64,000 nucleotides of DNA from NCBI GenBank assembly GCA_002104905.1, contig MCFE01000100.1:1-64000 (forward strand), written 5' to 3'. Below, piece after piece: positions 46,379 to 59,419 of the stretch (the first letter of the stretch is position 1; each line of letters begins with the position of its first letter). The DNA is from Basidiobolus meristosporus CBS 931.73. Lineage: Eukaryota; Fungi; Basidiobolomycota. Below the pieces are notes generated by a model. The model was not told the origin of the DNA. It worked only from the letters and a program-made list of their open reading frames with translations, and made no database searches. Both the position numbers and the translations under genes were made by a program.

Positions 46379-48464
46379 ATGGACACTAAACAAACGTAGG
46401 TGGATACTACACGTTACTGACCACTACTTGAATTGACCCTTTATGGCATAGCGTTGTTTCAGCCCCCGGAAAAGTGCTGGTTGCCGGCGGCTATCTGGTT
46501 TTGGATTCCGACAATGAGGGAGTGGTGGTGAGCACAGACGCTCGCTTCTATACCGTTATCAAAAACAAAGGTGCCGCAACGGAGTTCTTGGACGCCGGCA
46601 GGGACATCGTCATCAGATCCCCACAATTCCTCGATGGCCGTTGGGAATACTCCTTCAAGGAGCAGCAAGGAGCCAACTGGCAATTGGAGGCTTGGTAAGA
46701 ACCTGAACGTGAATCGACATTTTCCCTCACCCTACTTACCTGCCGTTCATCATCTTGTTCACCTGTGGATACTAATCAGCTCCCAGGAGAATCGTAATCC
46801 TTACGTTGAGTCGACCCTAAGATACACATTGGGTTTGATTTCCAGGATGACTTCCAGAGAAGACTTCGATAAATCGCTGCAAGGTGGTCTGGAGATCACC
46901 ATCGTAGGCTCCAACGATTTTTACTCCCAGAGAGAAGAGGTACCTTTCCACCAAAGTGCCGCATTTTTGGATTTGTCAGTCGGTTGAATACTCAGTCTAT
47001 TCGTTGCTAGCTTCGACTTCGTTCGCTCCCGTTGACCTCCGAGGCGCTTCGCTCCCTCCCACCATTCTGCTCCACTCATACCTTGATTCGAAACGTGCAC
47101 AAGACCGGTTTGGGCAGCTCGGCCGCCCTCATCACCTCCTTGGTCGCCGCGCTATTGGTTCACTTTCGGGTTGTGGACCTGAAGAATGACGACTCTCAAC
47201 AATCGAACCGTCAACTCGTCCACAACATCGCACAGTTCTGCCATTGCTACGCGCAGGGCAAAGTAGGCTCCGGTTTCGACGTATCCTCCGCTGTATGGGG
47301 AACCCATGTGTATCGCCGCTTCTCCTCGGCCATTCTTGAGGAGGCAATGTCAGATGAGGTGAATCTATGTGCAGAGCCATCCTTTTCCGTGACCAATTGT
47401 AACCATCTCGTTTCTTCAGAACCCTCTAGATCTCAGTCGATTGCTCGAGGTGGTCGACCCTAAACAGCACCGGTAATTCCAAGTGAACCCCCCCCCCACC
47501 AGATATATCTACTCACACTGCTCGACGTACATCCCGTTAGGTGGGACAACGAAGTCCATCGTCTGGAGCTGCCCACAAACTTCATTCTCATGCTGGCTGA
47601 CATCGACGCAGGAAGTAACACGCCCAGTATGGTCGGGAAAGTGTTGAAATGGAGAAAGGCAAATCCCGAAGAAGGTACCGTTCCGTCGTAGTAGGCTCCA
47701 CTCCACCAATCCCCTTTCTAATCACCTGACAGCCTCCCGGAAGTGGGCCCAACTTGGATCCCTGAACTCCGCCGTCCACCAGCTCATCCGACAGCTGGCG
47801 CAACAGCAGCTAGCACACCCCGACGCTTATCACAAGATCACCGCGACCTGCTCCACCCGGAAGGCCTCCGAGGTAAGCTCTATCCATTCCTATTCGTCGA
47901 GAGCTTGACTGACTTGGCCAATTCATGTGTAGTGGAACACCGTTGGCGCAGAAGACGAGGTGTCCAATGGCATTCTGAGCCAGCTGTGCACTTTAACCTC
48001 CACATTCAATGTATGTACCAACCCTCCTAACCCAACTCTGCCTCAGCTTGTGCCCTAACATGATACCCCCCAGTCCATTCGACAGCATTTGAGGGAGTTG
48101 AGTGATCTCTGCGGGGTCCCTATCGAACCCGAGAGTCAGACCAGGCTATTGGACGCGTGTATGGAAGTCCCAGGAGTGGTGATGGCGGGAGTGCCAGGAG
48201 GTGAGTGCCACCTAGTTCTTGCGGGAATCCCATCGAGATGTCCCTGACTAACCCTAATTCAACTCAGCCGGCGGGTTTGACGCCATCTTCTGCATAGCCC
48301 TCTCGGATTCGGTTCAGTCCGAGGTGTTCAGGGTGTGGCAGGACTGGAAAGAGATGAGCGTGAGCCCGTTGCTCACCGAGAAGAGCACCCTTGGCGTGAA
48401 CGTGGAGGAGCATGTCGAGGGGCTGGAAGACGCCATCAAGGCCGCCTCCCTGGCTCGTCTGTAG
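46379..48464 (+). CDS. ERG8: Phosphomevalonate kinase, Erg8 type (GHMP kinase)
   Basis: MDTKQT|VVSAPGKVLVAGGYLVLD, KTGLGSSAAL, HCYAQGKVGSGFDVSSA, LADIDAGSNTPSMV, PIEPESQTRLLD, GVPGA|GGFDAI; ends ..ASLARL*. Confidence 0.96.
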
Positions 48465-48630
48465 CGAGAGGCTGGTTACCCATCAGAACCGAATAAATGG
48501 ACCCATCGTTTCAGAGAAACGTTTTATTTAGGAATGTTTTGTACAAAATACAGTTAACAGAGTCTAAAGCCATGGATGAAACTAGTTGGGGGAGATGGAG
48601 CAGTAATGGTGGACAGGGGAATTAGAGGGA

Positions 48631-51527
48631 TTAAGCGAAGGGCATTTCGACCTCCATCTGGCTCTCCTGTTGGGCAGATTTGTTGCAAAGAGTGAGGAAG
48701 TATTCGAGGGTGTACCGGTTCTCGTCACAGGTCTTGTTCAGATCCTCCTGCAGCTTGGTGATTCCTTTCTGGAGCCCGCGAAGGTTGGGTAGCATCTGGC
48801 CGGAGTGGTTGCGGATGAACCGACCATGGTTGGTCAGTAAGCTGGTACACCACAAGAGATGGAACTCCAGATGGGGTGATTGCTCCATATGGCTACCAAT
48901 GAATTTGAGGACCTTCTCAAGGTAGTGCTCGGGAAGTCCCTTGACCACCAACGAGACATCCTCCGGTGGGATTGCTTCGTAAACTTTCTGAATAAGCGGA
49001 CGCTCGTTCAACTTGAAGGCCATGACGAATGCCTTGAGGTACTCCTTCTCCTCAAGCGTTTCAAGCGTGGTCTCGTAGGTGATGTCGATGTCCAGATCGA
49101 ACGGATCGAAGATCAAGGTTTCATCCAGCGAGTATATCAGGAGACCTTCAGTGGAGGCGGCGGCCCAGGATCTTCCGGTGGGGGAGAACTTCACCCCCTT
49201 GGTACGAGCCTCGGGACGAGTCTTACGAACCGAAAGATCCCCCTTTCTGACACCTGGTAAGCTACGGTCAATACGGTCTTCCGGATCACTCGGGTTGTCA
49301 TCGTCGTCGATCATATCGAGAGCACCTGCTTCGGTCATGTTCTTGCTGTTCAAAAATTCCTGGGTGCCATCGAGTGAGATGTTATGTGAGATTTGGAACT
49401 TCTTGACCAGGATCTTGCTCTTGATGTCGTAGATGCAGACATATTTGCTGCTGCCACCACCGATGACGCACGAGCCGTCGGCGGTATAGCAAACACTGTT
49501 GAATGCTTTGCCTGCTGACGAGTTCTCCGCAGTGATCTTATCGGCAGCCTTACGCCCACCAGAGATGTCCCTTCTGCCCTCGATGATAGCGGTCTGGGTT
49601 CCGTGCTCGACATTCCATAAGGAAATGTTTCCGTCCAAAGTGGAGGCGCACAACTCCTTTCCGTTGGGATTGAAGACAACGGCAAGAACCTCGGAGTTGT
49701 GGTTGAAGGACTCGACGTTCTTCCCGCGTCCGAAGATGTCCCAGAGACGAACGGTTTGATCCCAAGATCCGGAGGCCATCAGGGTGCCAGTGGGATTGAA
49801 GGACAACGAGCTGACGGGGCCTTCGTGTCCGCTAACGACATCTAGCAATTTCCCGGTTTGGATGGACCAAACATAGATCTCGAAAGTATCCATCGAGCCC
49901 GCACAAACAATCTCCCCACTAGGGTCCACGCTGAGTGCCGAGAATTGAACAGGCGATGGGGAGGTAAAGGTACGGAAGTTTCTGTAACGGAGCAAGTCAT
50001 AAGCTCTCACCGTGCCATCACGTGAGGCGGACAACACCACCTGGCTGTTCTTGGTAAACTCCACGGCAACAACTCCGGACGAGTGGTCCGAGAAGGTGAC
50101 GAAACAGAAGCCAGAGGTGGTGTTCCAAATCTTAACCTTGCCGTCATCTCCACCGGTGGCAATGTATTGACCATCGGAAGAATAAGCAAGGCAGTTCATG
50201 TCGTAGAAGTGACCTTGTTGCTTGAGCACGTAGGACTCCGACTGCCACTCCCACACAAGAAGCTGACCGAGCTTGGAGGAGCCAAGGGCAAGCCATTCGC
50301 CGGATGCATTGATACTTGCGGTGTCGATTCTGTTTTGCGAGATACTAATGTGTGCACAACGAGCGTGAGTAGGTGTAAGAAACAGCAAGAAGCAAACTAA
50401 GCTACCTCAAGGTGTGGATATTGGTGAAATCGGGTAGCTCCCAGATTCCGAAGATACCGGTGGTAAAGCCGACCAACAAAAGGTTGGATGTCTGGTGGAA
50501 CGCTGAGCAGACCACTCTAGCGTTGTTCTGCTTGAAATAATGCTTCGCACTGATGGTCCACTTCCCGCGGACCCCAAATTCCTCATCCTCGCTCTCCTCC
50601 TCCGAGACGACGTAGTCCCACACAAATAGGGCCCCGTCTTTACTGACTGTGTAAATGTTTCTCTGGTTGGCGGAGAAATACACCCCCACGATAGCATCCC
50701 GGTGCCCAGCGAGGGTCACTGGAGAAAACCCTTCGATGGGATCAAGGGAATACAATCTGCTAGTCATATCCTTGGAACTGGCGACGAAAAAGCTGCAGAC
50801 CGGTGGGCATTAGAATGGATAGGGAAATGCCATAAAATGAACTATTCCTTACCGAGAGTCAGGGGACCAGCAGATCGAGGTGACATCATCGTAATGACCG
50901 GTGTAGGTACGATGAAGGACAAAAGGCGAAAAGTCGCGGTTGAAACCAGGGGATTTCCACACCTGGATGTGCTTTCCATGAGTGTTGGCGAAGTATTTCC
51001 CGTTGGGACTGAATTTGATATCTCTAACTCTCTCCTTGAAGTTGAAGTGATGAAGGACAACACGACGTTGGAAATTAACCAGAAGGGCTCTACCGTCTAT
51101 TCCGAAACAATGGTAAACATCAGATAAAAGCAGCGACTCAACTTGCCGAAATACCTTCATCAATCGAGATCAGTAAGGAGGCATTTGGAGAAATGGCGAT
51201 TCTGTCGATGTTCTTGCGATTCTCGAAAGGGAAAGTGATCGACTTGTTGCTTTAGGTAAGGGGAAGGGTACTATTAGTCCACTGTTGTCTTCAAATATTT
51301 CCTGAGGTCCAGTAGTTCCAACATACTTCACAAGATCAAAAACGGAGATGCGATTGCCAACGGGGCTGATAATAGAGTTACCATCAGGGGTAAACACTAA
51401 GTTTCCCTGCTTATAGACAGTTCCGCAAAGATTCGAGAACTACATAGTGAGGGCAATGTGGTTGGTTCTACGGTGGGCATTGTCATTCATTCACACAAAT
51501 TGGCCTTACCTTGAAGTCGGATTTCAT
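48631..51527 (-). CDS. PWP2: Periodic tryptophan protein 2, U3 snoRNP/SSU processome WD40 protein
   Basis: MKSDFK|FSNLCGTVYKQGNLVFTPDGN, GQLLVWEWQSESYVLKQQGH, LRYRNFRTFT, FSPTGRSWAAASTEGL, C-terminal Utp12 domain. Confidence 0.97.
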
Positions 51528-51602
51528 CGATAAAGTTCACTTGTGAACGATTGTCCCCAGGTATAATTGATAACCACCAACACTATATCCCGATGCCTGC
51601 TT

Positions 51603-51645
51603 GAAAAAAAAGAAAAATTCCTGGAATTTATTTTTTTTTCGAAAA
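51603..51645. promoter_or_regulatory. RRPE-like A/T tracts upstream of PWP2
   Basis: GAAAAAAAAGAAAAATTCC..TTTTTTTTTCGAAAA, about 80-120 bp upstream of the ATG. Confidence 0.45.
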
Positions 51646-51790
51646 TGGGTTGGGTGGGTTCAGTTGCCTGATGGAACCGAAATGCTAAGCGGATCATAGT
51701 CACAAACCGAACTTCTGCTACTAATTGATTTAATGTTCTATTTTTTCGATCGATTTACAAAATGCGGGTACATTGAGCTGTTGGGAGGGG

Positions 51791-54700
51791 CTAAAGGCTT
51801 GAGGTAGTTAGCTGGTATACTTTGGGGCCCTTTTTGAGCAAATAGCTTTGATTATTAAGGGTGTCAATGAAATCATTGAAATTATTTAGTCGTAAATTCA
51901 TTTCTAGAGAAACGTTATTAGTCCAAGTAGTTTGGAATCCACTGTGATGAATGTTATTTACCTGAAGCAATCTGATAAAGCTGCTGGTATGTGAATCTAT
52001 TGTTGTAAGTGGATTCGCTAATGTTCTGTAGCCGCGAGATAAACCTGAAGAGCAGTGTTAATGATGATATGTTGATTGAATGAAGGGTCAACAAACCTTT
52101 TAGATTCCGATCTCTTACTCATTCCAGTTCCTAGGCACAGGGCAAAGGGTAATGGGTAAGGATAAGGGTTAATTGAATAGAGTTGAAGAAATTATATGCG
52201 TTACCTAGCTGAGACCGTTCGAAATCTAAATTTCCGAATTCATCTTTGTATGTTTCAAACAAGCTATATCTCCTAGTAATTGAAGAGAAATAAGTCATTT
52301 GATGCGATGCCACAATGGCCAGTGATACCCACATTATTTCAACCACCTCCGTGGCATCCTTTTTTGTCACTGTCTCCCGTAGTTCTGCTCTAGCTCGTGC
52401 TTCGGCTAAGCGGATCATGGATTCTAATTGACGTGTTGTGATAGGAGTCGAGTCAGGAGAGCGATGCTTTGCACGTAAAGTAAGATAGAAGTCTTGTAGT
52501 ATATCACAGGCTTCTTTAGAAAGTCTAGGTAGAGTAACTTAGCATCAAGAACACCAATTCCCAAATTAAACGCTCAAACCTTGGATGAACATATTTTCGT
52601 GCATAAGCAATATATTTTCGTAGTAGCGAGGGAGGGATCAGATCCAGGGATTCATAACGATTCATCTTCAGCTTGTTGATCAACGGCGTCTCGTCTTCGA
52701 CTTCCTGGGGTTTAGGATCGCCACCTTACGGGCAGATCAATAAAGGTTTACTACTAACTCTCAATTACCCAAGCTGGAATATTTGGGTGTATTACCAGAA
52801 AAATGCGATGTTTTTTTATCGTTGATTCCTGAATGTAGCTAGGAGGAAAATTAAAAAATGCTTCCTCAGAAACAACGTTACCTAATGGTACCAACCGCCA
52901 TAACATGTTCAGAAAGAAACATATCCATTTCCTCGTTCGGCTTGTCGATTAAAATAAAAATCAAATCGAAACGAGAAAGAAGGGCACTACTCATTTTCAG
53001 ATTTTCGGACACTGTCTTGGCTTTGCTATCAGCAAAGTGATGTGGGTTAGTTGCGTTTTGACGATGATATCCCTAATTCCTTAAGAAATTACTTGTAATG
53101 ACCACCAATAGGATTGGCGGCGGCTTCGGAAAAGTATGTTAGGGAATACTAATCAGGATGAGGTGGATGCTCAGGCTCCAAGGTACCTATAACACAAGTT
53201 CTTGCGGGGAGACTGCACACAATTCCGGCCTTGGCAATGCTATATTGAATTTTCAGAGATTTAATCTCAAAGTAATACATGTGCTTGAATCTGGATATGA
53301 GTCAATACCTGATACACTGCTGTTCCATTGCCTCTAACAAGGCATTGTGATCTGCCGAGATTTTGTCAAATTCGTCGATACAGCAACACCCTTGATCACC
53401 TAACACGAGGGCTCCTATAATCGATATTGAATAGCTGATCACGAAAAACGGGGTTATACTTATCCACAAACCAGCTTCCAACGCAAAATCGTTCGACCCG
53501 CTCTCTTTACACAGCGTCACCGTTAGGCCACTAGATGAGATACCGCTACTACCGCATACATATACACCCCTTGGCGCTACTTGAACGACAGCAGAAAGCA
53601 TTTGGGACTTTCCAAGGCCAGGGTCGCCTGATGTCCGTTAATACCAAACAAGCAAAACTTATAGAATTTTCTAAAACACCTTACCGACTACCAAAACGTG
53701 AGGATCCCCTCTGATCGACACTTGATTTTTTGCATCAGATCGTCTTCTTCCACCAAACAGTCCAAGGAGCAATCCAGCTACCAAAAACCATGTCACCAAT
53801 AAGTTTTGCAACTGCACACTTTGTAGAACAATACCTTTGACTAGCTCATGCCCGAAAATAGCTGGACACAATGAATTAACTAATAGCTTGAACAAATCAT
53901 TTTCTTGGAATAAATCGTGTATGAATTGAAGGTCTTTTCGGGTGAATTGAATTCCATCCTTGCTATTGTTGCCATCGTTTTCCTCGCTGCTTTCGGCCAA
54001 TGTCTCTGCTCCCCCAGCCTTGTAAATACCAATACAATCAAGATACAATATGTGCATCGTATTGGATGCCCTCGATTTTCCTTTGAATGCTACAAGGTAT
54101 ATTAGGTAATATATCATGGTAAGACAATTCATCCGTCTCACCATCTTCTGCTTGAATCACTTTGACGATTCCCGCACAGCTAACAACATCTCCAGGAAGA
54201 ACAGAATCCACCAATTCATTGGTTACCTCGCACTCTATGGTTCGAGGAACGCGGCCAGAATCTTTCTGATCATCAGCAAGTTTCTCCTGAATTCTAGGAA
54301 ACGTTATTCTTCCTAAGTTGCGTGGTCTATTTGCTATTCTATCATTTACCTGATTCGTTGCCAGTCGACAGTACGAGTATCTCCTTCAACACCTCTCTGA
54401 GGTTCGAAAACCCTTCCTTTACATCCATAGGTAAGGCATCCGGTTGGATGCACATACTTCCCGTCAGGGAAATGCATTGTTTGAATTTGAGAACAAGTCA
54501 CACATGTAAAGGACATCTGTGTGACAATGGGTTTAATCGAGGAAGTTCGAACGACTGAAAAAGTCGAGAATGAACTCGTTATTAGATATTCAATGTTCTA
54601 TAGAATGCAGAAAGAAAGTTTTAAAAACCTGTTCCACGAATACATATCAACCGCCCTATGGAAAGAAAATGGGGTTAACAACGGAAGAATATATAATAGA

Positions 54701-55561
54701 GGAAATGCTTACCTATAAGATTCGCCTTTAAGTCCTTCAAGTGGGTGAGTGGTTCAAATTGAGATATTCGAACAATAATTTTTGTTCGAGAAGCGTAGTC
54801 TTCAAGATCCTTTATCAGACCATCGTGAATGGTCTGCCTCGACTTTTCGATGATAGCCTTGGAGCATTTTAGTCAAAATTATTGTCTAGATATTTTGAAG
54901 GTACATACTTCGCTTATTGCAATTCCTAAACATCCCAGGACTATATTGGGCTCGACTTTAAAAGCCTCCTGAAGGCCTCCAAACGGGCAATGCTGGATGA
55001 TATCAGGGTAGTGTATTGTTACGCAGCTTTTTGTTCGCTAGTTCCGTCTTGGGACATGGAATTATATGGTTAGTTTGCAGTGAGTAGAGAGACATGATAA
55101 TGAGGAAGGCAACCTGGTAAGCGTCTATATTACGATTTACGTAACCAATAAAAGCTTTTATCATTGGCATGTACGGGTGGTTCGAGTTATAGTCTATTAA
55201 TCAAGGTTGGATAAACGATTGTCAATTAACACCTTGACTGCTACGTCCTAAGCAACTTACCTTCACTAGGAAAATACAAGTACCAATCTCGTATTGGGCA
55301 TTCAATGTCACTTGTTGAAGTGCGAGCTCGCTTTCTCGTACGAGGAATTTTTGGCGGCTGGGCTGGATTTATTGTTGTACTCACTGCGTTCATTACATTG
55401 CCTCTACTTTCTTTCTCAATAGTTACACCCATGGACGTCCGACTAGACCGCCCAAAATCCCGACCTTTCCCTTTACTTGAGGTAGCCATAGCAGAGTTAC
55501 CGTCTAGGGAAGGATGTTTTCTAGAAAATCTGGAGAAATCGATGTCGTTTGCTGGCGGCAT
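51791..55561 (-). CDS. MCM8: MCM8 recombination helicase
   Basis: [14 protein letters not shown], Walker A G|[48 protein letters not shown]-terminal [17 protein letters not shown] characteristic of MCM8; many introns. Confidence 0.92.
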
Positions 55562-55800
55562 CGCTTCGTTTGTCGACGGACTGACTATGTTGTGGACTAG
55601 ATTGGCGTGTTTGTTTAGTTGAAATTCACAGTCCAAATGAACTAGCCTCGATGTTTGATAACAATTAATGCATATAATGACTAGTGTAGATGCCGCAATC
55701 ATCAGCTAAACCACAATTGATCGCCTAAGTCAATCTCGCGAATTCTTGTGCATTGTAAACACCATCTTAGACATTGAGAATTTTAGCTCCACATTTAACC

Positions 55801-55820
55801 AAATTTTTTTTCGAAAAAAA
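55801..55820. promoter_or_regulatory. A/T-tract palindrome (T7-CG-A7), RRPE-like, in the MCM8/NIP7 divergent promoter
   Basis: AAATTTTTTTTCGAAAAAAA; the same TTTTTTTCGAAAA core occurs upstream of PWP2. Confidence 0.45.
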
Positions 55821-55942
55821 GTGGACAAAGAGATCAAAGATAGAAAAAAAAATTAACAAGTGATGGCGAACTCAGAAATATGTGCAACTGGCGAAATAAT
55901 CACAAGTTGGTTCATTCACCTTTGTAGAGCTATCACATAGAA

Positions 55943-56724
55943 ATGCGTCCCCTTACTGAAGAAGAAACCAAGACATTTTTTGAGAAGCTTGCCAAATAGT
56001 GAGTGCTTTCTATATTTCAAGCAACCGAGTGGTCGCTAACAGCAATTCCCTGTAGTATTGGCCGCAACATCACACATCTCATTGATCGTTCCGACGAAGC
56101 CTACTGCTTCCGTCTCCACAACGACCGTGTGTACTATGTTAGGTATGAGAACGATATCTGAATACCCGGTTTGACTGTTCACCAACCGTTGTCATTTTCT
56201 TAGTGAAGCCATTATGAGAAAGGGCATGAGTGTAGGTAGAGATCAACTCATCTCTACTGGCGTCTGCTTCGGCAAATTCACAAAGGGTAGACAATTCCGT
56301 CTTCACGTCACCTGCTTAGATGTTCTAGCGCAATACGCCAAAGTAATATTCAGAGATAACTAATATCTTGTTGGACACGGACTAACGATTCATCCACAGT
56401 TCAAAATCTGGATCAAGCCTAACGGTGAGATGCCATACTTGTATGGAAACCACGTCGTAAAAGCACATCTTGGAAGAATCACTGAGGACACACCTGAGAA
56501 CCAGGGTGTGATTATTTACTCCATGAACGATGTTCCCTTGGTATGTGCCAATGCTGTTAATTTCTCGCTAGCCCCTTGACTAATCCCACCTACCATCACT
56601 ACAGGGCTTCGGAGTTACCGCACGTTCAACTGTTGCCACTAGAAAGCTTGAGCCCACCGCTATTGTCGCATTCCATCAAGCTGATATTGGCGAGTATCTT
56701 CGTGATGAAGATACTTTATTGTAA
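55943..56724 (+). CDS. NIP7: 60S ribosome biogenesis factor Nip7
   Basis: [65 protein letters not shown]. Confidence 0.97.
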
Positions 56725-56954
56725 TCCATCTGTTATAATCCTACACTGGCACAAATTGTGGATAGTTTCGTATTCTCATTAGATTTTACATATCGAGTTA
56801 ATTAATAAAAAGAGCAAAAATGTGGAACTGAGCAGAGTGGGCTTTAATATTCGTAATCATGGGGATAGAAACGATGAAACCAAATAGAATAAAGACGAGT
56901 TGAAGATTGTCCGTTGTATGTAAAATGTAAGTGTCCATCATGTAATAAACCAAG

Positions 56955-58963
56955 TTAAACAGTGATTTGATCCAACGCTTCCTTGAAGACCTTGAGCAAA
57001 TGTTCAGGACACTCTAATCCGACACTTACTCTAACGAGGAAGCGGGATATCCCGTATTGAGAGGCCCAGTCAAGCTCCGTGTAGTGGGCTAAGATTGTGT
57101 AAGGACAAACAAGAGTGAAGTTAGTACCAAGTGACGGCCCTTTGGCACACTCAAGATGGTCAAAGAATTGGATGGCTGCCTCCTCTGATTCCAATATAAT
57201 CGAGAAAAGTCCGCCATATCCACCTTCGGGGCTCTTGAAGCTGTCATACGACTCGCGCATGTTATATTTGGGGTAGAAGATTTTCACAACTGCATCGGAA
57301 GTGAAGGATTAGAAATGAACATGGTAGTCGACACATATGAGGGAAAATCACCCTTTGGATGGGAAGCAAGAAAGTCGCACAATGTTTCGGTGTGGTGGTT
57401 CACCTTGTGGATTCTTTGTTTGAAGGTTCTAGAGTTCCGTTCCAAAAAGATCGCATCTTCACTCCACATAAGATCTTCGTAATCCTGCTTTAAGGTGGCC
57501 TGAAGCTGCTCGTAGTAGCGGCCATGAGGATTCAGCACCAAACTAGATGCACAAGTCCACATTAGAATACTCCATATTGATATTGGCAAGTCACTTACCT
57601 TCCACCCATGACATTACTATCCCCGCTGAAGATCTTCGTTAGGCTCGACACGACAATATCAGCCCACTCGAGAACTCGGACATTCACAAAGTTTCCTACA
57701 GTTTCGTCGACAACGACTGCAAACTCATATTTGTCGGCCAATTGCCTTATACGCTTTAGGTTGGGAGTCTTCAAAAGAGGGTTTCCTGGGAATTCACAGT
57801 ATAAGGCAAGTATCTTCTCCCCAGATTCCAGGAGTTGCTCAAGTTCGTCGAGATCTTTTTCCTCGCCATTGCCATAGAAATGGCATCCAGGGCCGAACTT
57901 CTGCAAAATCTTGAGGGTATCAACATATGGAAACCTAGTAAGACTGTTAATTGTCGGGCGACAAAGATCACGTGGTTTCAACTCCATTACCCAAAGCAAA
58001 CACTCTTCTGTGGGGGTAGCGTTTGAAGCAAGGTGTCGTGGCTGTGAAAGATTGCACTCATTCCTGTAGGGTAGAGAAACACATCATTCTCGGAAATCCC
58101 TTGGATACCGCGCTCCCCATCTGCAGTTGCATCGGAGCCATCATTTTCAGTATTCAGAACACCGGCAATTCTGCGTCGAAGGAAGATCTTGGCTTGATTA
58201 GCGTATTGAACGTCCAAATTACGCCCGTAACGCTCCTCAAAATAGGTTTCGACCTCTTTTTCCTCTTGCTCCACCTCGGCCCTATTCTCGCCTTTTGAGG
58301 CTCTGCCACTAAATCCACCACGGTTGTAGTGACGATTACCTTGAGTAGCCTTAGGAATTAATTCCCGGGAATTCTGCTCTTCGCGCTCCTTCTCCTTCAG
58401 CAAAAACAAACAATGCTCGGCCAGACGCGAGGAAATACCGTCACCGGCATGCTGCCAGAAGCTTTTGGCGAAGGGGAAAGCGTTCTTCGGGAATAAGACA
58501 ACTTGAAGAGTAACCGGTTTGTACGAAGACTTGGCAGGAGGGAGTATAGTGAATTCTGCAATTCGAGGTGTTGCCTCTCCCTCGGAGAATTCGTAAAATT
58601 TATTGATGAACCCGCGACAACGCTTAGCTACGCGGCGTGTAGAGAAGATCATCGAGCTTTCCTGCTCTACGGCAAACTTGCTTTCGCAGTAGCTCATCAA
58701 CTAGAAGGAAAGTGAATAAACACAGGAACCCTCCGAGAAATACCTTACTCAAACAGTACCTTTTTGATGTTGTAGTGTATACAGAAGCGGGGGTAACCAC
58801 TTTTCATGGCAGAATGAATTCTAGGCTCTCCTTCCTCATATGCGATATTGTCCGCCCAGGTAGGCAGACACACTGACACTGCGTGCGGAGTGTGTGCTGG
58901 AATGGGGGTTACAACCTCTTGTTTTTGATATTGAGGATAGGACGGAGTTGAGCTGATAGTCAT
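56955..58963 (-). CDS. STR2: Cystathionine gamma-synthase (Str2-like PLP enzyme); start could be 59050
   Basis: [57 protein letters not shown]-lysine motif [42 protein letters not shown]. Confidence 0.93.
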
Positions 58964-59419
58964 TGTTGAAGAGAGTGGATATCCAAGGGCGCCCGAAAAG
59001 GGAATATATCGAAATGCTGGTGTTGTGGTATGGTACAAAATTTGAAGCATGAGTCATTTAGTATCTATATGCACAAGATCACCACTCATACACCTATATT
59101 GGAAACATTGGCGCTGAAATTAGTATTTCTGAGATTCGCAGGTTGGAGAGTGGAGATGGAGCAGCTTGTTATGGTAACAGAACGATTATCTTACAGATAA
59201 GCATAGATAGCATGCTGATACTAGCTGGTCCTAGCCTGGTGCCCTAACCCTGCATCAGACACTAAACAATTTTGCTTCCAAGTACGAATAAATGATTGCA
59301 ACGTGTGTTAGATGGCGAGCTTATATCTCAAAATGATAAATCGCCTATTCCACCCACATTTAACGAAGTCACATCCTTCCTATAAGCTATCTTACCTCAT
59401 ATAGCCTTTACTACACACT

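Noticed and set aside
46129-46386. 85-aa ORF with an RG/KR-rich stretch overlapping the ERG8 start
   Set aside because: It begins at a GTG inside ERG8 exon 1; the basic stretch is an off-frame reading of a purine repeat.
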